38,197 bases of DNA, from NCBI GenBank assembly GCA_030141605.1, contig JAQGDQ010001494.1, forward strand, positions 1-38,197. Reading direction: 5' to 3'. The position numbers were made by a program, and so were the translations under genes. Numbering within the stretch: the first letter of the stretch is position 1; each line of letters begins with the position of its first letter. Below the pieces are notes generated by a model. That model saw only the letters and a list, made by a program, of their open reading frames with translations, was not told the origin of the DNA and ran no database searches. Positions 20,473-29,432 of this stretch are shown piece after piece. Origin of the DNA: Tubiluchus corallicola (lineage: Eukaryota; Animalia; Priapulida).

Positions 20473-21218
20473 AAGTCTTGAACAATATACTTCTAGAAAA
20501 TCTTTCACAACCACTAGAAGTTTCGGTGTGCATGATTAGAATTAATTCTGAGGAAAACAATTACTAATTGCCTATTTGCTGATGGCATTAGAGGTGAAAC
20601 AATGGAAATCAAACATTGTGCGGGTGCAGGCTAAAAACATGGTTAGATTTACAGACAGGTTAGGAGGAGTGGCACCATCCTGGCAGAAACAGCTGAGAGT
20701 GCTAGCAATGTGAACTGATCCCTGGATGTCATTTCTTTGATATCTTTTGGGAGTTTGTTCCACAATGTATTGCTCTGGGGTAGAAGGAGCATGGCAAATT
20801 CCGATTGGAATTCAACAGCAACAACAATAGATGACAGATGTCACAGCAACTGAAAACAAAGAGAATTACGAACACAAATAAAAAAGAATCAAAATCACAA
20901 AAATCAAATCTAATCTGAATGCATAAATCAAAACTAAACTGAATGCATAAACCAACTGAATCAGAAGCATGAATCATTAAAACACGAATTCGTCAAAATC
21001 GCAGCACAAATTCAAGTTGCACTGGCAAGATAAAATTTGAAAAGAACAGAGCTTAGACAATCAACATAGACCAAATACTACTTTAGAACGAATCGGTATT
21101 GTTTTTCTCATATTCTAAAATGACATTGCATTCTTTAAAATGAGACATTTTTATAGGCAGCATCTGAATCGGTTCACAAAATGAAGTACTTATTGCAAAG
21201 ACAAGAAATTTGAAAACA

Positions 21219-22001
21219 ATGAATGAAAGAAGATATTTTATTGTTGTTGTTGTTGTTCTTCTTAAGACATGCGCCTTAATTCTGGCAAATCAGTCACAAG
21301 TTCAAGAATGTGGCGAGTGCTTCGCTAATGTCACAGGTGGATTTCAATGCATGCCTGACGTGTTTGCTTGCAGAAAATTTCCATTGTGCATCAACAAAGA
21401 TAGTTGCAGCTCGTTTTGGTGCAAGGAAACTTTTCTGCAGTGCACAGACGGTCAGCAGTGTTATCGAGAGAAGTTTCAATGCGACGGTTTCCCGCATTGC
21501 TCTGATGGCAGTGACGAAGAGCTCTGCAATGTCACGTGCCCAAGAAATCTACTAAAATGTCCGGAAGAACAGATATGCATTAACTTTGATCAAGCAAAAT
21601 GCGAGACGCCTGACCAGCAAACATCAACAGTTTCAACACCACCTGAGCAAACGCAAACCACGGAGAAGGTCACCGTTCCTGGGAGATGGGCTGGTTGGAG
21701 ATGGAGGTCATGTGACTGCATAAACTGTGGCACAACGTCTGCATACGTCAATGAAACTAGAACGTGCATTCCACTGGAACAAGGGAAACCTTTGAAATCT
21801 GCCGTGTGTGGACCCAATAAGGTTCACGAAGAAGTGAGGATAAAACATGGCTGTTGCTGTCGTAAAAAAGACGTAAACAGAAAGTGCTGGGTTAAAAAAA
21901 GAGATGGCAATCTAGTGTTCCAGATATGTAAGTGGAACTATTGTAAAAAAGGTTTCGTTCTAGTTGCCAGAACTAGAACATGTATAGAGGGCGGGGAGTA
22001 A
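21219..22001 (+). CDS. Intronless secreted cysteine-rich protein (260 aa): signal peptide, LDL-receptor class A repeat(s), Thr-rich linker, TSP1-like segment
   Basis: Hydrophobic N-terminus YFIVVVVVLLKTCALILA; canonical LDLa CKETFLQCTDGQQCYREKFQCDGFPHCSDGSDEELC; WAGWRWRSC...ETRTC; TTTATAG at ~21149 and AATAAA at 22082-22087. First ATG is 21219 (the track start at 21210 is TTG). Confidence 0.88.
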   Translation: MNERRYFIVVVVVLLKTCALILANQSQVQECGECFANVTGGFQCMPDVFACRKFPLCINKDSCSSFWCKETFLQCTDGQQCYREKFQCDGFPHCSDGSDEELCNVTCPRNLLKCPEEQICINFDQAKCETPDQQTSTVSTPPEQTQTTEKVTVPGRWAGWRWRSCDCINCGTTSAYVNETRTCIPLEQGKPLKSAVCGPNKVHEEVRIKHGCCCRKKDVNRKCWVKKRDGNLVFQICKWNYCKKGFVLVARTRTCIEGGE

Positions 22002-22717
22002 CAGCAAAGACTGCAGCGCTGACTCACTATAATCGCCATGTTGCCCAAGTTTTGATGTTTATATATGCTAAACAAACGTACAATAAAATCTAGAATAGCA
22101 AAAATATAACAAATCTCTGTTATTTTATTTATTATTTATTTATTTGTTGCATTCTGATGCACACTTTACATGATTGGTATATGAGGAAGGACTATCATAT
22201 ATTCAGACTTAAGGGGTAAACTGGATGAGAGTATTTTTGATATTTCGTTTATTTCGTTCCGTGTATTTCGTAATCTTGAAAGTACAATACACGAGGCACA
22301 AGGCAGTTGAAATGTGAAATAAAATAATAAAGGATTACTACAAAAACAGTGAAAATTAAAACAAAGTAATTATAATAATATAAGTAGAAGATTACGGTAA
22401 AAAACACAATGAACAAAAATAGCTGCTTACAAGTGCCTGTTAAAAAGTAAAAATTTGTCACACCATATTACATAGCAGACCACACCATGTCTGGATGACG
22501 ATGCCGAAATAGTTTGGAGACAGATGCGATATTGTGAAAACCAGAATTTGAGTTAAAATGTTTGATAAAATTTTAATTACAGTTTTAAATTTAAAAAATT
22601 GGAACTGTATAGTCGAAGCTATGTTGTCGAGTTAGATTACATATGATGGGTTGCAACATGCAAACTCCAGATTCTTCTGTTATATCACAGATATAATCAA
22701 TCACACTATGGCAATTA

Positions 22718-22831
22718 GGCCAAATCGTTTTGAAAACACCGGTTCTCGTCTGATCACCGAAGTTAAGCAACGTAGAAACTGGTTAGTACTTGGATGGTTG
22801 ACCGCCTAGGAATACCAGGTGATGTAGGCTT
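22718..22831 (+). pseudogene. 5S rRNA-like head of the SINE (not a functional rRNA gene)
   Basis: GAAAACACCGGTTCTCGTCTGATCACCGAAGTTAAGCAACG...GGTTAGTACTTGGATGGTTGACCGCCTAGGAATACCAGGTGATGTAGGCTT follows metazoan 5S rRNA, with box A- and box C-like elements. About 6 nt are missing at the 5' end, there are several substitutions, and no oligo-T terminator follows. Confidence 0.9.
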
Positions 22832-23270
22832 ACGGGATGCCCACACTGTATCTCGACACTAGGCGGAGGAGCTGCACAAGCAGCCAACGGCTAGAGGGCG
22901 GAGGAGGTCAAGTGACCCAACGGCCATGTGTAGAGGAGTAAACCTTCCAAATCAGGAGTGGAGTCCCGAAGGCGGACCAGTGCAGCATGCTCACTGACTC
23001 CGGCAGCTCCTGCAGCCAACCTGGTGCCAAACTTATCACTCCGCTTGCCTTTGGACTACACCAGCGAGGAAGAGAGGGGGTTCCTGTTGTCTGGGCAACT
23101 CAGGATCTCCATACACCTTACCCAGGCGTGCGCCCTGGAGACGTTCAAGGATCGCACTGCTCAGCCACAGTCGACGCTGCAGCTCCATCAATGTGATCAA
23201 TAACTGACTCTCTTGGCGCACATTCCATTGTCTTCCGAGACAGAAGGATGCCAACCAACCAACAACCAAG
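22718..23270 (+). mobile_element. 5S rRNA-derived SINE (SINE3-type), 553 bp
   Basis: Exact 10-bp TSD ATGGCAATTA (22708-22717, 23271-23280); 5S-like head; GC-richer body; 3' hairpin TGTCT-TCCG-AGACA followed by a (CAAC)n tail. Confidence 0.88.
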
Positions 23271-23431
23271 ATGGCAATTAATTTTGAATTTTATTTGTAA
23301 CATTAAATTTCTATACTATTATGTATCTGGGCGTTCGAACACTCGGGTTGAATATTCAGAAACAGAAGATAACTGCAGTTGTTTGTCAAAAATTTAATAT
23401 AAAATATCTTTAAAAGTAAATTTACAGAGTA

Positions 23432-23761
23432 CAGTCAACCCTCGTTAAAGCGGACTAATGGGGGGGGGTCCGGTTTAGTCGATTGTCCGATTTATCCGAT
23501 ATGCCTATATATGGTCTATATTATACAGGAATAATCACCTTAATAAGGCCTATATACATATACTGTGCACTATGTACTATACTGTATATTACTTTAAAAT
23601 AGTTAACCTGTGAGGATAAAGAAATTATTGTACAGTTGGCAGGCCGTGTTGTGTTCAGCGCTCCGGCTCGGACAGAAATCGGTCAGTTTCCTTTACCACG
23701 GATGACGTGCGTCTTATCCGATATCCGGGCTAACGGGATCCGGTTTAACGAGGGTCGACTG
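23432..23761. mobile_element. Tigger/pogo-like MITE (330 bp)
   Basis: TIRs CAGTCAACCCTCGTTAAAGCGGA / CAGTCGACCCTCGTTAAACCGGA (2 mismatches), TA on both sides, subterminal TCCG repeats. Confidence 0.9.
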
Positions 23762-24864
23762 TATGAAGTTTGGCTTCAGAACTTTCTACATTAAACTGGG
23801 CAGTTACAGCGAATAGCAGAACAAGCCTTTTCACAGTTCCAACGATTGATGATGATCGTGAAAAGCCCAAATATTAAGTGAACCAGACAACGTATTTGTG
23901 TGCACTTGACTACGCCAAGCAGCCATATGTAATAATAACAGTTTTAACCGCTACCTAGAATCTTACCTAGTTCATTTTTCTTGTTCCCAAGCAAGAATCT
24001 GCTAGTAAATCACTCTAAGCACAGGCTAATGCGTAACTGAGTAAATTCCACATAAAATAACTGAAGTTTCTGAACTGATGCGGCAGAAGGCTTTGTATTA
24101 CACACATTTCACGTGGCGGTTGTAGTTAAAGAGGCGCTGCTGTGGTAAATTTAACCTTTGACCTGCAGCAACTGCGCGTGCGCACAACGAAACTGTGAAA
24201 AGGATTATTCCCTGAAATCATGTTTACTTCGTGGCATCCACGCAACTCTTTATTTCTAAAATTACACAACTGTTTGTTTACAAACAAATTTTACAGATTC
24301 ATCAAAATAAAATAAGAAGAAACAAAAAGTAACAAAAGAAGCATTACATTAGAAATTTATTAATATAAATGTTATTCTGTAAAATTTGATTTCAAGGCAA
24401 AACATTATATTCAGGAAAATTGTTACATTAGTTTCTTAATTATTTTAACAATGTAATAATTGTCTAATTAGCAAAATAGTGAATCGACGCTTTCATCGTT
24501 GTGGCTATGACTAACTTAGGTAATGAAGCAGAAAATCAACAAAATCTTAGGTTCAAACTTTAGCAAGATTGTAAGAAACTACATCATTTCTAGAACATGT
24601 GCCAGTATAGAATCATGGCAGTGTGACCACTGCTAAACAATCCAGCTCACCCGGGGGAGGGGGGGGGGCAACTCACGAAACGCATGTTTCCTGTACAAAC
24701 ATAAAAAACCGATTTTTTTCTTAATGCAGACAAGCTGCCACATTGACTACATTTATTTTAGTAATAAATTCTTATTATTGTTATTCTGCATATTTTCTGT
24801 TGAAATATTGAAATAATTATGATAAATTCTCTTGGATAATTACGTACGACCGGTTTGAAAGAAA

Positions 24865-25055
24865 AAGGTAATTCTAAAGGAAAGACCAAGTCTTTTAGGA
24901 GGTCAGACTTATTTCAATGTTCACGAAAAATGTTAGAAGGATTTAATAATTAAACTGCAGTAAGCGTCTCGTATAATTAGTAAAATCACTTTAAAGTCGC
25001 GATCACTTCATGCTTGAACGCTCCCATTGAATGTCCATTCTTCTACCAATGACGT
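24865..25055 (+). repeat. Diverged single copy of part of the ~605-bp tandem unit intron
   Basis: TAATTAGTAAAATCACTTTAAAGTCGCGATCA..CATGCTT...CTCCCATT..ACCAA.GACG aligns with ~29985-30065 and the equivalent part of each unit. Confidence 0.8.
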
Positions 25056-26559
25056 CATTTGTCCTGCAGAAAATTAGCGCACTGTAAATTTCCGTCAAAA
25101 GTATTGCAAGTTTTAAAAAAAAATAATTTTCCAATGCTTTTGCGTGAAGATTAGGTAAGCAGCAGAAATTTGAAAAGTTTAGGCAGCGCTCGGTTACGGA
25201 TAGCCACGAAGCGCTTACGAAAAATCACGAAGTCTCCCAGTTACGTCATCCTTTTCAAATGAATGGTGACAACCACCACACATGGAAATTTCTATTCAGA
25301 GGTAATATATTATAAATTCCTGCTTTATAGAAAGTTCTTTGCAAATTTCTTAGTTATATTTTTCTAAGTCTAAATGATAACAGCAAAAATGGATAATTAC
25401 AAGAAACTCAACTTTGGCTTACTGTGTGACTTGGCCTTTAATTTAAACTCAGTGCTGTTCCTTCAATAAACTCAAGTTAAAAACACGCAAATTCTCTAGT
25501 ATGATTATCATTTGAAAGCCAAGGTTTGTGTCTTCGTTGTGGGACAAATGCCAGAAGAAAAACCTGCAGGCCAAATATGACTCGAATGAACACGTTTTCA
25601 CGAATTGTGTTTCCTTTGAAAAGTTTTATGATGTCAGCACGACTTTCTTAAAATAGAATCCGGGTTCTCGGTAAAAGGCGAAAAAAATTGTGATCGGCAA
25701 AGGTAAGTGTATATCACCCGCAGGTAAAACGATAGTTGGTTAAATTAAACAAAGTTTATGTATATAGAAAGAAAGAAACTAATGAACATACTACTCGAAA
25801 ATTATGAGAGGCTCTCTTACAAAAATGATAAAATAGCTACAAATAACGATTATATTTATATATTACCAGCAGTATCATGTAAAATCCGTAAAGTAATCGA
25901 AATAAAAAAGGCTCACATGTTAAAGTCATTTTTAAACGTTTAGTGCGCATGCGTTGTCGATGGGAATTTGTGAAGTTATGTTTTATGATTCAATTTTAAT
26001 TTTACGCTACGTAAGTATGTAATTTTTACCACTTTTATTCACTTTTTAAAAAACTAACTTTTGTAAATTTTTTCTTCTAGTTTGACACCATTGCCCGCAA
26101 CAGTCTTGGACTGATTATACATAATAATATTTTCATGTATTTTATCATACCTGTAAAATGTTTATAACATGTGCAATAAAGATTTTATATAAAATCTCTC
26201 TTGTACAAGTTATAATAGCATCATAAAACAATCCATAGGATTTATCCCTTGTGGAGTCGGGCATAGAATTACCATTGATTATTTCGCCGGTGGCAAAAAA
26301 TAAAGTACAAAATCAAGATATGCACAGCTAAACAAAGGCATACCCTCTACATCGCCTCATCCCAGCACTCTACAATTGTCTTGAGCCATTGGGTTTCGTC
26401 CAGTCGAATTAGCGAAGAGTTCTGCAAGCCACAGGCGACAAAGGGGACCCAACAGTGAAACGAAAAGAGCAGTATTGATTTTCTATCCACGGAGTGTGGT
26501 GTCTAAGAAAGAAATCGTATTTTAAGGTTGGTGCATTTTAACTATCGATGTATTAACCC

Positions 26560-26937
26560 CTCTTTTTACTGCTTCCTATTTCTCCTTTCTCCTTCCTATT
26601 TCTATTTTATTTAACTCCTTTCGTTTTCATTTCCTTTCTCGTTTTCTCTATCTTATTCTATTATTTTGTCTTTACTACTCTCTGTTTTTCTATAATTCTC
26701 TCTCTTGTAAATTAAGTCGTTTTTTCACTTTTCATGGTGGTCTCACAAGCTTTGCTTCTTGACCACCATGCAGCATATATTTCCTGTTGATAAACTATTA
26801 TGTAGTTATTAACTATGTTAATATAGTTCTTTTACAATTATTGTAACTACAATTGGTTTGATGTATAACAGTTATAATGTAAATTGCAATTATGCTGAAG
26901 TGGACAATAAACTATAATTACAATTACAAATTACAAT
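26560..26937 (+). mobile_element. Probable 3' end of a LINE (L2/Crack/CR1-group-like): pyrimidine tract, hairpin, AATAAA and (ATTACA)n tail
   Basis: Perfect 10-bp stem CATGGTGGTC/GACCACCATG (26733-26770) around ACAAGCTTTGCTT; AATAAA at ~26906 followed by ATTACA repeats. No TSD found. Confidence 0.45.
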
Positions 26938-27191
26938 TTTTACGAATATAAAGCATCGTTGTTCAAACTTAAGCTCCAACGTGCATTCTAAAATAGTAGC
27001 TTTTCAGTCCAGCAGCACACGGAATATTGAATGTTGAAAAGTTTATCAAAATTTTACTAATCTCAGTGTTAAATAAAGTGTGGTCTAATAAAAAATGAAT
27101 CTGACGTAGGGTAGCCAAGCAGATTGGTTTGGGAGGAAAAATTACTCCATTGTCGAAGTAAAAAGTTTTATAAATTTACGTAAATAGTTAA

Positions 27192-27868
27192 AAGCGCATT
27201 GAACTGGCACTACAGCACAAAAATTGTCAAAGGACAAGAAAAGGGGTACCTGAAGTAGGCTTCAGAAAAATCGCCTTAAAAAATTATATTACTTTACAGC
27301 AATTTTGTGCTTATATCAGATTAGCGTTAAAAGGAATTTTTGTTTGTTTTCATTTTAAATCCACCGCAATACTGTTGTGACAGCGCTATTAAATGACGTC
27401 ATATACGCACAACGTAATTCGGGGGAAGAGAAGTAAATGTTAAATTATGTCCTAAAAAACTTTCCACGCAAATCTATATTACTTAGCATTTCGCTTACCT
27501 GCTGGAAAGACTTTTGTAACTAGAAATAATAATTTAAAATGTTCGTGCCAATTGGTAAAATGTTGCTGACTCACCTCCAGGGTGCGCCACTCACTAGCCA
27601 AAAACATATTTTTAATCTTATTGACAAGATACAGTAATTTAAATTTTACTTACTTAGTGACGTGTGCGCTACGAATGCTCTGATTATTTTTAAGTTCACC
27701 AATGTTATCTAAGCTTGTATTAAACGACCATTAAAACAGCTGCGTCTAACGGTCTTCTCGGAAGTTTTATACAGGGTTACTGCCGACGCAAGCCATGCAT
27801 GCAAAAAGGCAGTATGTAATTTTTAGAAAGTTTCAAAGCTTCATGCAAGTGGAGGGTTTTCTTGTGCT
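27192..27868. mobile_element. Non-autonomous TTAA-flanked DNA element (Kolobok-like)
   Basis: TTAA at 27188-27191 and 27869-27872; imperfect termini AGCGCA..GAAC / AGCACAAGAA; a second diverged copy at 36478-37140 ends at the same CT|TTAA boundary. Confidence 0.65.
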
Positions 27869-28445
27869 TTAACTAAAGAAATTTACTTGTAAGACGATGT
27901 TGCAACACGCTGTTAAAAAATTCACGTTAGTCCTGTCTGGGGAAGAGAATTTTGTACAAAGGGCTGCCAAATCTGGAATATTTTTCAAACTGGTTAAGTA
28001 AAAAAGACGGTAATAACGTTTGTGCCTGCAAAGCTTCCAAATTAATATGTTTGAAAATGCACTTAAAATATGACTGACGGTACGAAGTAGAATACTTCCA
28101 TACTGTCGCAAAATTTAAAATGTATAAAAAGTCATTTATTTTGAGTCGATTTACACTACAGTGTGTTACTCGTCACAAGATTTCCATTCTATCGAAATGT
28201 AAAATGCGGATGTACGTTGTAGATCTAAGTTTACCCTCTAGCAATTTCTGGTTGGCCTTCCTTCGAAAGCGGCAAGACATATTTGCATTGAAATTAATGC
28301 TGAATCTGCACCTGATGAGGCTTATGCTGGCACGTATAATAAACGCACGCTAACTCAAAAATTTGTACGTTCATTGAAGAGCTCGTACTTATGAGTGAAC
28401 TAATATTAACACGGGATTTTTTTCTACTTTTTAGGTAAAAATACA

Positions 28446-28648
28446 ATGAATCTTTCTTGGCTATTATTTCTATACGTTGCATTAACAGTGCTTTCATTAG
28501 TCTTATCACAAGGTTTCCAAAACGCCTATAGAAACGGTATTGGTAGAGGCATACTGAAAGGAAACCAACGTAGAACAGCACGCGGCTCTGCCACTAGGCA
28601 AACAAGACAATTCGCTGGAGTGCCAAATTCGAATGGACGCCAAACTCT
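28446..28648 (+). CDS. First coding exon of an unknown secreted repeat protein (signal peptide + cationic Gly/Arg segment)
   Basis: Acceptor TTTTTAG ending 28434, ATG in ACAATG, MNLSWLLFLYVALTVLSLVLSQG signal peptide, GTAAGT donor at 28649 (phase 2). Confidence 0.75.
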
Positions 28649-28854
28649 GTAAGTAATTCTTTGATTCTTAAGTTTAGTATAAGTAACAACATACCATTTG
28701 TGTAATTGCTTAAGTGCACAACACTTTAATTAAATGAAACAAACTATATTTGCATCATTTTCAGGTTAACATGTATGATTCAATGACAGCCGTGTCTTCC
28801 CACAGCAAAACACTTTTTACTTTTGTTACACCTGCTTATTATTTATCTTTATAA

Positions 28855-29400
28855 CATAAATTATCAGAAGCTGGCATTAAAGTAAATATACTTGGAAGTA
28901 TAAAAGACTTTCTTCGTAACGAAACCGTTAATCTGAAAATAGGTGATTATCTGTCAAGTGATTACAAATGCAGTGTTGGTACTCCCAAGGATCAGTCTTA
29001 TCACCCCTATTGTTTTTGTTATACATAGCAGGTATGTTTGATGCTATTAAAACAATCAGCAGTAATGTAGATGTATATAATTATGCAGAAAATGGTAACA
29101 TAGCGGTAGGAGAAAAAACACGTGATTTGTGTGATTCATTTGTACTGAAATGTTGTGACGAGCTCTTCTGGTGGAGTCAAAAATGGAGGCTTGTTATTAA
29201 CACCTCCCACAATAAAAAAGAAGTAGAGCCTTTTGGCTGGGAAGCAAATGCCTTTTTTCAAATAGACAACGTTAAAATTGGGCATAAGGTTATTTTGTTA
29301 TGTAAATTATAGCACAGTACTGGGTGTCATGATAGACAAAAACTAAACTTTATAAAGTACTCCAAATTAGTTAAAAAATGGAATTCAATTAAAACACATT
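28855..29400 (+). mobile_element. Degenerate LINE reverse-transcriptase fragment within intron 1
   Basis: Frameshifted translation KLSEAGIKVNILGSIKDFLRN...VGT/QGSVLSPLLFLLYI...YAEN (YADD-equivalent)...WSQKWRLVIN...VLGV.ID.KL.F. Confidence 0.85.
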
Positions 29401-29432
29401 CATTTTTTCACAAATCAATCAAGGAGCTAAAG

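Noticed and set aside
22718-22831. Functional 5S rRNA gene
   Set aside because: 5'-truncated, substituted, no T-run terminator, solitary, and enclosed with a body and tail by a TSD.
22958-23269. Three overlapping 69-81 aa ORFs
   Set aside because: They lie in the GC-richer SINE body, where open frames are expected; no gene structure.
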